Below are positions 23,177 through 32,924 of a stretch of DNA of 37,496 nt, piece after piece. The notes below the pieces were generated by a model. It had not been told where the DNA came from and did not search any database. It was given only the letters and a program-made list of their open reading frames with translations. Source of the stretch: Patescibacteria group bacterium (lineage in GTDB: Bacteria; Patescibacteriota; CPR2; UBA1875; CAIMLA01). Positions within the stretch are counted from its first letter, which is position 1, and each line of letters starts with the position of its first letter. The position numbers were made by a program, and so were the translations under genes. The stretch is from contig JBGSPL010000002.1 in NCBI GenBank assembly GCA_041738615.1, positions 76,654 through 114,149 on the forward strand. Reading direction: 5' to 3'.

Positions 23177-23418
23177 AAAAAGCCGTTACAGCCGATAAAC
23201 AGGCATTCGGTGTTTCCCTGCGCGACCTTGTCTAGCTTCGAGCAATCCGTTTTTCCGGCATAATCCTGTTTTTGCAAATGAAACTCTAGCCCCCCGGCTC
23301 GGGAGAGTGTGATTCTTTTTGTAGCAAATAGATAAGCACCTGTGAGTACGATGCTAAATATCAGCAGGGCCATGACTGCTACTAGGTATTTCTGCTTATT
23401 TTTTGGAATTTTCATCAA
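23173..23418 (-). CDS. hypothetical small membrane protein (81 aa)
   Basis: Basic N-terminus, TM helix YLVAVMALLIFSIVLTGAYLF, and a C-terminal part with three Cys. It overlaps the convergent gene's stop by 4 nt. Confidence 0.45.
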   Translation of the reverse strand: MMKIPKNKQKYLVAVMALLIFSIVLTGAYLFATKRITLSRAGGLEFHLQKQDYAGKTDCSKLDKVAQGNTECLFIGCNGFF

Positions 23419-23464
23419 CTTAATTATCTAGCCAGGGCAATCAGTTGTCAAGTTGCTAAAGTGT

Positions 23465-23493
23465 TTGCACTACACTAGTAAACAATATAAAAT
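23465..23493 (+). promoter_or_regulatory. candidate promoter of the giant surface-protein locus
   Basis: TTGCAC (23465-23470), 17 nt, TAAAAT (23488-23493). Confidence 0.5.
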
Positions 23494-23515
23494 ATAGACA
23501 TAACTTGTGAGGGTA

Positions 23516-24079
23516 ATGAAGCGAAGACGCGCTAATTTCGATTTTTTGCGAAAGAGCGTTACGAACAGGCTGACTCCAAGCGGTCCTTTTAGTGTACGCA
23601 GATTCCGTATGAAACTGGAAAAAGACCTCCGTGAAACCTATATCTACAGGGCATATCGTACTGGCTTGCGTTCGCCATATTCGGTTAGGAGACCACAGAT
23701 AAAGATCTGGCACTCTGTGAAAGATGCTAAGAGGACTTGGAAGCGGCTGCACTCATTGCTGCTGGAGCTTTTCTACGCTCCCCACATCGCGGTACGCTAC
23801 CTGCACGACCACCTGTACCACAAGTCCAGGGGCTATAAAAAGTATCATGATAGACCGTCAACAGAGACAGTACACAGAGCTGCCCTAGCTGGATTCTTGG
23901 CTTCGTTCTTGATCTTCAACGTTTTGCAATACTCCTTGCCGAGTTTCTTCGACCTATTCAAGCCCAAGGCAGCCTATGCCGACACCAACTCTGTTTCCTG
24001 GGACACAAAAGGCGAGTTCTCTACGGGGCAGACACCAAACGTCGACAACAATGGCCAAGTAGTGGTGTCTGGTACTTAG
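23516..24079 (+). CDS. membrane-anchor segment (basic cytoplasmic tail + TM) in frame with the giant ORF, ended by a single TAG
   Basis: ATG 23516 is preceded by GAGGG. The product has a ~130-aa Arg/Lys/His/Tyr-rich tail, the TM helix AALAGFLASFLIFNVLQY, then ADTNSVSWDTKGEFSTGQ... It is in the same frame as 24104..32923. Confidence 0.6.
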   Translation: MKRRRANFDFLRKSVTNRLTPSGPFSVRRFRMKLEKDLRETYIYRAYRTGLRSPYSVRRPQIKIWHSVKDAKRTWKRLHSLLLELFYAPHIAVRYLHDHLYHKSRGYKKYHDRPSTETVHRAALAGFLASFLIFNVLQYSLPSFFDLFKPKAAYADTNSVSWDTKGEFSTGQTPNVDNNGQVVVSGT

Positions 24080-24103
24080 GCTGCCGATAATGCCACAGTA
24101 TCG

Positions 24104-27100
24104 TTGAAAAGCACCAGCGACATTGGCACAGGATTGGATGGAGAGCTTATAGTCGATGGTACAAATGCTAGCCAAACTAAGGTGATAAGGCCAAATAACA
24201 CGGTGATAACGCTCGGATGCGGTCCGACGCGGGCCTCTACGATATGTAATGCATCTACTCCGTTGTATTTAAATACTGCTATCGCACCGATAGACGGCAA
24301 TACACATAGGATATACAACTTTACCAAGGTGACTATCAAAAACAACGGGGTGCTCACCCACAGTGATGGTGCAGGACTTAACGATACGATTTATGAGGGT
24401 ATAAATATACTCGCCACTACACAGGTAGATATCCAGGCCGGCTCCAGTATTGACGTAACAGGCCGTGGTACCAAGACGACAGCAGCAGCTGGTGGTAGTG
24501 GTGGTTGCTACGGAACCGTTGGAGGATTTGGTGGCCAAGTAGTGAGCTTCCCCTATACTAGGACTCAATGCACGACTTACGGAAGCAGTACAGATGTGGG
24601 CTATATGGGTTCAAAGGGAGCGAACTCCACGTTATCTGAAATACTGGGTGGCAATGGCGGCGGACGCGTCCAGATATCGACAGACGCGCTTCTAGTAAAT
24701 GGGAGTATTCAGGCAAACGGGACAGGTGGAAGGCATATCAACCCCGGTTATGCTGCGAATAGCATTGCAGCAGGTGGTGGTTCTGGTGGGGGTATAGTTT
24801 TGGGGGCCAGGGTGGCTACCATTACTGGCTATGTCAGTGCAGCTGGTGGTGGAGGTGGTGGAACTGGTCTGAGTTATAGCACCGGCATCCAAGGATCACC
24901 TGGCTATAATGGCGTAGGTGGTTCTGGCGGTTGGTGGAACGCTGCTTATAACTCTATACCAGGAGGTTTGCCTGGTACGGCTGGGTCTGGTGCTGATGGT
25001 GGTAGCTCAGGTTTAGCCTACGGGACCTATCCAGGCGAGGCAGCGGGTAGTGGCGGTGTTTATAACCCAACGGTTAATAATACAGGGGGCGGCGGTGGTG
25101 GCGCGGGCAGAATCAAGGCTACTATAGGGACTATAAACGGAAGCTATCCAACCCATTATGTCTACGATGGCAATCTATCCGCTTCAACAGGATGGGTCGT
25201 AGAGGCAAGCACTCCCGGGACCCTGGATAGTAATCTCGTAACTAGCTCGACCGTGGGGGCAACCTATAACTACACCTTTACGAACTCGACAGCTGTTGTC
25301 CTGATGGCTTCGAAGATTCAGAACTACGGTACCGCTGAGGTGTGGGTAGATAGTGGTGCCAAGACGGTTATCAATGAGGATGCAGGACCAGACGTCTGGA
25401 TACCTTGCAACATGATATCGGGTTCGTGTGAGGCCGGTACTGGTGTTTGGGCAACCCCTAGGTCCGACCAAGTGAATATGTTTAGCCAAAGCGGTCTAGA
25501 CCCTACCTCTAGCCATACTATATATGTGAAAGTTCTGAGTGGAAAGATCGATATAGACTCCTTTACTACGGCCAACATATTACCAGCTTACTCATATAAT
25601 GCAGATATACCGGCAAATGTAGGTCCATACGGCTACTATTCTAAAATTGGTTTCCTTACCCCTGGGGTACTAGGCGGGACAAACTCGGCAAGTCTGAAGA
25701 TCGGACTTCGTAAGAATTTGGGCAAAAAGGTAAATTGGAAACAGATACAACTCACGGGCAGTAGCGTGATTCCAGCGGGAACGACCGTGAAGGTTATGGG
25801 GCGGTTCGCAGACACCTATGGATCTAACGGATTTATGGCGCCCGACACTAAAGTGTTGGATAGCTATTCAGCACCGATAAACAGCTCAACCCTCACTTTG
25901 AATATGGGATCGGATATATACTCGAGCACTATAGAGCTCTATTTGGAGCTGTCTAGTCCTGCGGGTATAGCTACGCCAATAGTGGACGGCATTACAGCGA
26001 GCTACGACGCTCTGGAACCGCCGACTAACGTAAATACAACTTTACAGAAAAATAATAACTCATACCTGAAGAAAATAGACGGGACCATCATAGATACCCC
26101 TAGCGGCACGCCGGCTGCTGGGCACGCACTTTACGGTACTGCTGGGGGCACTACAAATGAAACAACGCTCAAGGTTACGGCCAGCGGACTTACTTGTGCT
26201 GGTTGTACCGGGACAACCACAGGGAGACACTTGGAAGTTCAATACAAAGCTGTCGGTACTGCATTCGACTCGCCGACTGCGGATGAAACTACCAACCTTT
26301 TCGACGGTTCGCCCGGAGATATTGCCAGTGTAACATCGACGGCAACGCTTACGGGCTTGTCGGCGGGTACCTCCTATCAGCTCCGAACGCGAGCCTCCGA
26401 CGGTAGTGGCAGGGCGAGTGCTTGGACATACTATGGTTCGGGCACCAACAGTGCGAATGAAGCTGACTTTACAGTTGATCAATCGGCACCAGTGCTCGGA
26501 ACTTTTACTGTCAAAGGCAACATCGGTGGAAGTCCCAGCTTCGTCAATGCTACCGAGGACGCCAGTCTAGCGAAGGTCGAGGTACAACTTCGAGACAACA
26601 TCTCCACTAACGTGGATGTCCAGTTTTCCGAGGACGGGGTGAATGGCTGGGGAGCTTACTATGCAACCAATGGCAGTAATAACCTCGATAACAATTGGGG
26701 CGCCAATAGCTACATCACAGTCAGCGAAGTCACAAATACGCTTTCTTTGAAGACGTTGTCTGCCGCGTGGAAGTTTACGACTGACGGGGCAAAGCAACTT
26801 TACATCCGAGTTAGAGACAACGCAGGGAATATTATTACCAGTGGAGGCTCAAATAATGTCACCTTGGATTCGGTCTTTCCTACCGGTACTGTAACGATAA
26901 ACACAGGTGCTGCGAGAACAAACGATAAGAATGTCAATCTGATCCTAAACCCTAGCGAGCAAACCGCAACGGCGACAGTTTCCGGGATCAAGGAATTCCA
27001 GCTCTCCAATGATGGATCCAATTGGGGTACCGCATACAATCCGACCACAGGTGCTTACAGCGGCGCGTGGCAAGCATGGCTACCGAGCCATGCCAGCAGT

Positions 27101-30100
27101 GGATACACATGGAGTCTGGTAAAGGGAGCCTCGGATACAGGGACGGATGGGGCTAGGACAGTTTATGTCAAATATCGAGACAATGCAGGTAATATCAATA
27201 CTGCGAGTCCTTTACCAAACACAGTTACAGTTGGCGGCCAGACTTGGCAGGATCGTAACTTAAATAGCGGTACAATGGTACCTGGCGGCACCGCACAGAG
27301 TGTCGGACAGAAGTGGTGCTATGACGACTCAGAGTCTAATTGTACGACTTACGGCGCACTGTATCAGTGGAATACAGCGATGGCTGGCAGCACCACAGAG
27401 GGTGCGCAAGGTGCTTGTCCGGTAAACTTCCATGTGCCGAGTGATAGCGAGTACAAAACTCTTGAGATGAATCTAGGGATGTCGCAAGCACAAGCCGATG
27501 CCTCGGGATGGCGAGGTACAGACGAGGGGACCAAAATTAAAACAGGCGGTACTAGCGGATTCGAGGCATTGCTGGGAGGTTACGCTTACCCATTCTCTGG
27601 CAGCACGGCATATACATATTTCTGGACTAGTACCCAAGCCAGTGCCAACTTTGCTTGGTATAGACAGTATGTAAACACACTACCTAACTCAATCCGTGAC
27701 AACTCAAGCAAGCTCTCTGGGTACTCTCTACGTTGTATTCAAAACTCGGGGTTCTACAATTCGGCTATCAGTGCAAGCACGACCCTAGATACTACCGCGC
27801 CAGCAATAAGTGTTGCGCATTTAGAGTCTAGCAACTCATCTGTCTCGAAGGCAAAACCAGGTGATGTAATCACCTTGACTATGGTTGCTTCTGAAGCGGT
27901 TACTACACCATCGGTTACTATTGCCGGGCATGCGGCGGCCGTTACGGGAAGTACCCCAAACTTTACCGCTACGTATACTATGCAGCAAGCTGATGCCAAC
28001 GGTACTATCGCCTTTAATATATCAAGCTTTGCAGACCTAGCTGGTAATGCTGGTGTGACTCGGACTACGACTACAGATAGTTCGGCAGTTGCTTTTGACA
28101 AAGACACTCCCACAGCCCCAACATTCGACTTTGTAGAGGGTCTTTATACCAATAGCCCGCTTGGGCAGGCCACGCTGAGGATGTCTCTCGCGGACACTGG
28201 CGGCTCGGACCTCGTTAGCTATCAGCTAGCCACAGAGGATACAACATCTGGTTGGCAAGCGGCGAGTGTAAATGTGATTTCTGGATCTGCCTATACGGAC
28301 AATTCGATTGTTTGGGACCTATCGCCTACCGAGGGGGTCAATGATGCCTACGCTAGGATTATAGATGGAGCAGGTAACGTCTCGGTAGTACATACTAGTA
28401 TTACTTACGATGTCACGAACCCAGGTAATCCAACGGCTATTACCGCCCAGAAGTCGATCTCTGATGCTACCGTAGTAAACCAGTCTACTTGGTATCCACA
28501 TACCGCACCGAAGTTTAGCTGGTCGGCGACTGACGGGACACTTGGTTCCGGAGTCAAGGGCTACTGGGTATACCTAGGTCCGCTATCTAGTGGCGTCCCT
28601 GTAAAAACCGTTTCACCCGACGCAAATTATTTCTTCCTCCCTATCCAACCACAAGATAACGGGAATGCTATTTTGAATATCAATCTTAGCGCTGGAGGAT
28701 ATCCAGAGGGGAAACTTTACCTAAAGACAAAAACCGAGGATAACGTCGGCCTACTATCAAGCGGCATGAATAGCTTTACCTACTATTATGACAAAACCGT
28801 CCCATCTGTAGTCTCTGGACTTACAGCAAGTAAAGATGTTCTAAACAAGATTCACGTTTCCTGGAACGCCTCCACACAGCTTTCTTCAGAATCGCCACTT
28901 GATGAGTATCAGATAGAACGAGTAAAGGCACAATACACAATCGGTAATGACACGTTTGCGCCTCAGCTTACAGATATAGATTGGTATAACTCCGATGCCA
29001 GTAGCGGTTACGCTGTTTTCGACTTCTACCGTGCGGACCCAGTATTTACTGCCCATGGTTTCGACGACGACAAAGACAACCCGATACAAGGCCAGACAGC
29101 ACTCCAAACGGGCGTCCGTTACACATACCGGGTGCGAGCAAAGGATATCTCCAATGCTGGATTTGGGGAATGGCAGAACAGTGGCTATGTGTTTGGGTTG
29201 ACCAGGGACACCATGAAGCCAGAGGTCATCCCTAGCGGACTTACCGTTGGCGTCTGCGACACTGGCCATCTCGAAATATGCTCAAATAACACTTCGCCGG
29301 CTTTTGGCCACGAGATCAAGGTCACCTGGCTGGGTGGCTCTGACATCGGTTCCTTCATGAAGGGTTATAAAATATATAGGAACAAGGTAGGCTCGGCTGA
29401 GAACTGGGAGGTAGTCGGATTTGTTGATGTATCGGGGGGCGGTGCCCCTGCTCTCGAGTGGTACGACAACGATGCGAATAATGCAGATACATTTACTACC
29501 TTCAAACCGCAGGCTTCAAGCAACGTGAATGATTATACGATTTACGAATATAGGGTTACCGGAGTGGATAACTCACTGGATTACAACGAGAATTTCCTTG
29601 GAAACGAGGTAGACACTTATACCGAAGAGAATTACAAGAGAGCAAGTGAGCGTACACCAGACGTAACAAATCCTCCGATGCCAACCGCGTTGTCTGGGGC
29701 AGCTCTCGGCCTAGATGATTCTGACCCAGAGGCTTACACAGCCCTATCTAACGGAACGGGACAGGCTACTCTTGCAGGGGTAGATTACTTGGTTGATAGC
29801 GCGAAGAGCTGGACCCCAGACTCATTGGTAGGTTTCCAGGTAAGAATTATCAGTGGAACCGGAAGCGATGGCGCGCTGAAAAACATAGCTTCAAACACTA
29901 GCAATAGAATCAATCTAACCGATTCGTGGGATACCGAACCAGACGGCAGTTCGGCATACGAGATATATGCTGGCCACCAATGGGTAAAAGTTCGTTGGCT
30001 GCAAAATAACGATACCAATCTATATGGTGGTAGCGGTAGCGGGATCGTCGATATTCGTCTCTTTAGGTCGGAAACTCTTGGGGGTACCTATGTAGACGTG

Positions 30101-32923
30101 ACTGACAGTACGGATTTGCCCGTAGAATGTTCTCTGAATACCTGGGAGTGTACTCAGAAACGCTTACCAGATCTTACTGACTTCTATTACAAAGTATTTG
30201 TTACAGACGCAGTGGGTAATTTATCACCACTATCCACTAGTGTTGGAGAGGTCACTACGGCTAGATCATCTGCGCCAACTCTTCCTCAAGATGTGCAGAT
30301 TAGCCATACAGCAGGTGAGCCTACAGATGCAAACAAGATTGGCCATAAGTTGCACGTAAGCTTCACTGGTAGTTACGCAAAAGACTGTCAGATTGGTAAT
30401 AACAAATACTGTCTCGAGGCTTACGAAGTATATCGATCGACTACAAATTATAGTACCGATATGGATTGGCTGGACCAGGCAAAAACTACACGTTTGCCAG
30501 ACATTACTTTGGCTGCTGGGACCAAAGAGGAACGCGGCTACCCACGGTCGTTCGATGATGAAGGACAGACCTACCTAAACCCAACAACCAAGCCAGGTCT
30601 CTCTGATGCAACGCGTTACTATTATAAGGTACGAGCTAGAGACAATACCCCCGTTGAAGACGTTGTTCCTGGCCCCTTCTATTCGGCACTTTCTGAAGTT
30701 GACGAAGTGAGCCCAACGGGATTACACAAGGGCTGGGATATCACTCCAGATGCAACTAAGCCAGTGCTTAAGTCAACAAACCCAGTGACCCACGACGTCA
30801 CCCAGGGGCTCGGTGTAAAGGTGCGGGATACACATCCAAACCGAACGCAGCTAAGGAACATCGTTTCTTGGCTTGTTGTTGACCAGTCAGGCCGAAAAAA
30901 GTTGCCATATGAAACCTGTAATTCTTTCGTGGAATCGGGCACAACCTATTGTAGTGACTTTGCAAAATATGAGATATGGAGACAAAAACTAGATAATAAT
31001 ACGGTTCTAGAGAATGTGTTAGTGGGAACGACAACAGACATCCAGACCAATTTCTTTACAGACTATCTGGCTACTGATTTACAATTTAACAAATACAACT
31101 ATTATGTTGTTGTTGTAGATAATTCCGATACTCTCTTCAAGTACCCAGCACCATACAATACCCTGATCAATACCGACGCAAATCGTAGTCAGAAGGCAGT
31201 TTGTCCCGATTCAATCATCCCAGGGAAGGCTACACCAACAATTGTGGGTAATGTTACACTCTCGAACATTGGTGTGGCTAGTGCCACAGTAACTTGGAGT
31301 ACAGACCAGGATACCGATGCCGTAGTAGAGTTCCGAGAAAAGTATTTACGTACATCGGATGGCAAGGTAGACACCGCTAATCTTAATTCAACAGGAGCTT
31401 TCTCGGTGATTGGTGCCAACACCCAGCCTGGTGAGTCTTCTAACGTTCAGGGTCATACAGTTAACCTATTTGGGTTACAACCGCTCACGCCTTATGAGTA
31501 CCGAGTAGTTTCCAAGAACTATCTTGCAAATCCAGTATCAAAGGGAGGTTCCAACGTTCCAGAGCTTACCACCAAAGGCTTTACGATTACCTATAACCCA
31601 AGTCCAGAGGATATATCGACGGTTTCTGCAGAGATCCACTGGACTACCAACATGCCCTCCAACTCGAATATGATTGAATTCCGTGAGAGCAATGGCACGC
31701 AGACCGGGGCTGTTGCTGAGACTCCGATGAGCACCCAGGCTGTCGCAGAAGACGCTAAAAATTGTGACACCAATCCTGGTTCCAAGCTCTGCACCCACTC
31801 TGCGTCTATAGAACCGTTAAAGAAAGCCACTGAGTATACGATAAACATTATTTCTGTGTCCCTGGACAACTTTACGGCAAATTCAGGACTCCAGAAATTC
31901 ACGACTGCAAACTCTGACTCGAAGCAGTTTACCATCGCACCGTCAGCATCTAACGTTGCGGAGCGAAACATTACCTCTACCTCAGCTCAGATTATCTTCC
32001 AGACTTCTGAGCCCACTTCGGCGACACTCTACTATGACACCAAGACAGGTGCCCCGAACTTTGATCCAAAGGATTATAGACAGACGGCAACAGACGCGAT
32101 GAAGAGTACCACTCATGCCATCCTTGTAGATGGGCTCGAGCCGGGCAAGAAGTACTTCTACATCGTGAAGGTGGACAACGGACTCCTAAGCTACACCTCT
32201 CCAGAGGCCACCTTTACGGCCGTCCTAAAACCGAAGATTTCTAACCTCAAGGTAGCAGACGTGAAGCCATACTCGTTTAGGCTGACCTGGGATACAAATA
32301 TCGACACAGAAACGCTCATTAATCTCGGGACGAGTGCTACATATGGCGAAAAACGTGGTAAACCAGGGCTGATGAAGGCCCACGACCTCTTAGTGGAGGG
32401 TCTGCTAGACAACACAGAGTATCACTATCAGATTCTTGCAAAGGACGAGACCGGCGAGGAGGTCGCTAGTGGCGACTCTGCAGTGCGAACCCCTATGGAC
32501 ACCGAGGGTCCAAAGATATCGGCCGTGAAAGTAGACGTATTGCCTATGGGTGAAAACGATACCACTTCTTCGATCATTGTTACCTGGCAGACCGATAAGC
32601 CATCTACTACCCTAGTTGAGTATGACCAGGGCCTCATCGGCGGCGACTATAATAACCGTTCTACAGAGGATGCTACGCTAAACAATTCGCATACGGTTAT
32701 TATCAAAAACCTGGCCCCAGCATCTTCGTATCACTACAGGTTGGTATCCAAAGACAAGAGAAACAATGTCACAACTTCACAGGACTACACATTCGTAACT
32801 CCTTCGAAGGAAAAATCTATCCTGCAGATGATTCTGAAATCCCTAGAGGAAACCTTCGCCTGGACCAAGAATTTGAACCAATTCTTTGCCACTATCGGCA
32901 AGCGCCTTACGGGGAAAAGCTAG
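24104..32923 (+). CDS. giant cell-surface adhesin-like protein (2939 aa in track)
   Basis: Uninterrupted 8.8-kb ORF. It has a Gly-rich beta-helix-like head, many Ig/FN3-like modules (recurrent ...Y.R.RDNAGN...), a FISUMP module and five FN3/PAP-N-like repeats. It has no start/RBS, signal peptide or C-terminal anchor of its own. Confidence 0.9.
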   Translation: MKSTSDIGTGLDGELIVDGTNASQTKVIRPNNTVITLGCGPTRASTICNASTPLYLNTAIAPIDGNTHRIYNFTKVTIKNNGVLTHSDGAGLNDTIYEGINILATTQVDIQAGSSIDVTGRGTKTTAAAGGSGGCYGTVGGFGGQVVSFPYTRTQCTTYGSSTDVGYMGSKGANSTLSEILGGNGGGRVQISTDALLVNGSIQANGTGGRHINPGYAANSIAAGGGSGGGIVLGARVATITGYVSAAGGGGGGTGLSYSTGIQGSPGYNGVGGSGGWWNAAYNSIPGGLPGTAGSGADGGSSGLAYGTYPGEAAGSGGVYNPTVNNTGGGGGGAGRIKATIGTINGSYPTHYVYDGNLSASTGWVVEASTPGTLDSNLVTSSTVGATYNYTFTNSTAVVLMASKIQNYGTAEVWVDSGAKTVINEDAGPDVWIPCNMISGSCEAGTGVWATPRSDQVNMFSQSGLDPTSSHTIYVKVLSGKIDIDSFTTANILPAYSYNADIPANVGPYGYYSKIGFLTPGVLGGTNSASLKIGLRKNLGKKVNWKQIQLTGSSVIPAGTTVKVMGRFADTYGSNGFMAPDTKVLDSYSAPINSSTLTLNMGSDIYSSTIELYLELSSPAGIATPIVDGITASYDALEPPTNVNTTLQKNNNSYLKKIDGTIIDTPSGTPAAGHALYGTAGGTTNETTLKVTASGLTCAGCTGTTTGRHLEVQYKAVGTAFDSPTADETTNLFDGSPGDIASVTSTATLTGLSAGTSYQLRTRASDGSGRASAWTYYGSGTNSANEADFTVDQSAPVLGTFTVKGNIGGSPSFVNATEDASLAKVEVQLRDNISTNVDVQFSEDGVNGWGAYYATNGSNNLDNNWGANSYITVSEVTNTLSLKTLSAAWKFTTDGAKQLYIRVRDNAGNIITSGGSNNVTLDSVFPTGTVTINTGAARTNDKNVNLILNPSEQTATATVSGIKEFQLSNDGSNWGTAYNPTTGAYSGAWQAWLPSHASSGYTWSLVKGASDTGTDGARTVYVKYRDNAGNINTASPLPNTVTVGGQTWQDRNLNSGTMVPGGTAQSVGQKWCYDDSESNCTTYGALYQWNTAMAGSTTEGAQGACPVNFHVPSDSEYKTLEMNLGMSQAQADASGWRGTDEGTKIKTGGTSGFEALLGGYAYPFSGSTAYTYFWTSTQASANFAWYRQYVNTLPNSIRDNSSKLSGYSLRCIQNSGFYNSAISASTTLDTTAPAISVAHLESSNSSVSKAKPGDVITLTMVASEAVTTPSVTIAGHAAAVTGSTPNFTATYTMQQADANGTIAFNISSFADLAGNAGVTRTTTTDSSAVAFDKDTPTAPTFDFVEGLYTNSPLGQATLRMSLADTGGSDLVSYQLATEDTTSGWQAASVNVISGSAYTDNSIVWDLSPTEGVNDAYARIIDGAGNVSVVHTSITYDVTNPGNPTAITAQKSISDATVVNQSTWYPHTAPKFSWSATDGTLGSGVKGYWVYLGPLSSGVPVKTVSPDANYFFLPIQPQDNGNAILNINLSAGGYPEGKLYLKTKTEDNVGLLSSGMNSFTYYYDKTVPSVVSGLTASKDVLNKIHVSWNASTQLSSESPLDEYQIERVKAQYTIGNDTFAPQLTDIDWYNSDASSGYAVFDFYRADPVFTAHGFDDDKDNPIQGQTALQTGVRYTYRVRAKDISNAGFGEWQNSGYVFGLTRDTMKPEVIPSGLTVGVCDTGHLEICSNNTSPAFGHEIKVTWLGGSDIGSFMKGYKIYRNKVGSAENWEVVGFVDVSGGGAPALEWYDNDANNADTFTTFKPQASSNVNDYTIYEYRVTGVDNSLDYNENFLGNEVDTYTEENYKRASERTPDVTNPPMPTALSGAALGLDDSDPEAYTALSNGTGQATLAGVDYLVDSAKSWTPDSLVGFQVRIISGTGSDGALKNIASNTSNRINLTDSWDTEPDGSSAYEIYAGHQWVKVRWLQNNDTNLYGGSGSGIVDIRLFRSETLGGTYVDVTDSTDLPVECSLNTWECTQKRLPDLTDFYYKVFVTDAVGNLSPLSTSVGEVTTARSSAPTLPQDVQISHTAGEPTDANKIGHKLHVSFTGSYAKDCQIGNNKYCLEAYEVYRSTTNYSTDMDWLDQAKTTRLPDITLAAGTKEERGYPRSFDDEGQTYLNPTTKPGLSDATRYYYKVRARDNTPVEDVVPGPFYSALSEVDEVSPTGLHKGWDITPDATKPVLKSTNPVTHDVTQGLGVKVRDTHPNRTQLRNIVSWLVVDQSGRKKLPYETCNSFVESGTTYCSDFAKYEIWRQKLDNNTVLENVLVGTTTDIQTNFFTDYLATDLQFNKYNYYVVVVDNSDTLFKYPAPYNTLINTDANRSQKAVCPDSIIPGKATPTIVGNVTLSNIGVASATVTWSTDQDTDAVVEFREKYLRTSDGKVDTANLNSTGAFSVIGANTQPGESSNVQGHTVNLFGLQPLTPYEYRVVSKNYLANPVSKGGSNVPELTTKGFTITYNPSPEDISTVSAEIHWTTNMPSNSNMIEFRESNGTQTGAVAETPMSTQAVAEDAKNCDTNPGSKLCTHSASIEPLKKATEYTINIISVSLDNFTANSGLQKFTTANSDSKQFTIAPSASNVAERNITSTSAQIIFQTSEPTSATLYYDTKTGAPNFDPKDYRQTATDAMKSTTHAILVDGLEPGKKYFYIVKVDNGLLSYTSPEATFTAVLKPKISNLKVADVKPYSFRLTWDTNIDTETLINLGTSATYGEKRGKPGLMKAHDLLVEGLLDNTEYHYQILAKDETGEEVASGDSAVRTPMDTEGPKISAVKVDVLPMGENDTTSSIIVTWQTDKPSTTLVEYDQGLIGGDYNNRSTEDATLNNSHTVIIKNLAPASSYHYRLVSKDKRNNVTTSQDYTFVTPSKEKSILQMILKSLEETFAWTKNLNQFFATIGKRLTGKS
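24365..25140 (+). other. glycine-rich beta-helix-like region of the giant protein (approximate bounds)
   Basis: Periodic G-runs alternate with short hydrophobic strands: AAAGGSGGCYG, LGGNGGGRVQISTDALLVNGSIQANGTGG, AAGGGSGGGIVLGA, AAGGGGGGTG, TGGGGGGAGRIKA. Confidence 0.6.
27221..27745 (+). other. Fibrobacter succinogenes major paralogous (FISUMP) domain embedded in the giant protein
   Basis: GGQTWQDRNLN...QKWCYDDSESNCTTYGALYQWNTAM...CPVNFHVPSDSEYKTLE...GTSGFEALLGGY...YFWTST...SGYSLRCIQN matches the remembered family pattern (W..eNL, C.YG.LY.W..A, CP.GWh.PS..Ew..L, SGF.al..G, fWsst, S.RC). Confidence 0.75.
31220..32803 (+). other. five tandem FN3 / purple-acid-phosphatase-N-like modules at the C-terminus (approximate bounds)
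   Basis: Each ~100-aa unit has ...A.V.W.T...s...veY... then H.v.l.gL.p.t.Y.Y.v. Examples: ATVTWSTDQDTDAVVEF...YEYRVVS, and IIVTWQTDKPSTTLVEY...YHYRLVS. Confidence 0.65.
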
Positions 32924-32924
32924 A

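Noticed and set aside
24077-24079. TAG reassignment or pyrrolysine as an explanation for the in-frame amber codon.
   Set aside because: TAG ends several well-supported genes in the window (GlsB-like, ABC ATPase, the giant gene itself, VOC paralog B). No pyl genes or suppressor tRNA are visible here.
24076-32637. About 20 antisense or out-of-frame track ORFs inside the giant gene (for example 26060..26482, 27754..28113, 31591..31971), and similar ORFs inside other genes (35352..35606, 36623..36814, 37191..37448).
   Set aside because: All lie within long, well-supported ORFs on the other strand or frame and have low-complexity or Arg/Cys-rich products and no RBS.
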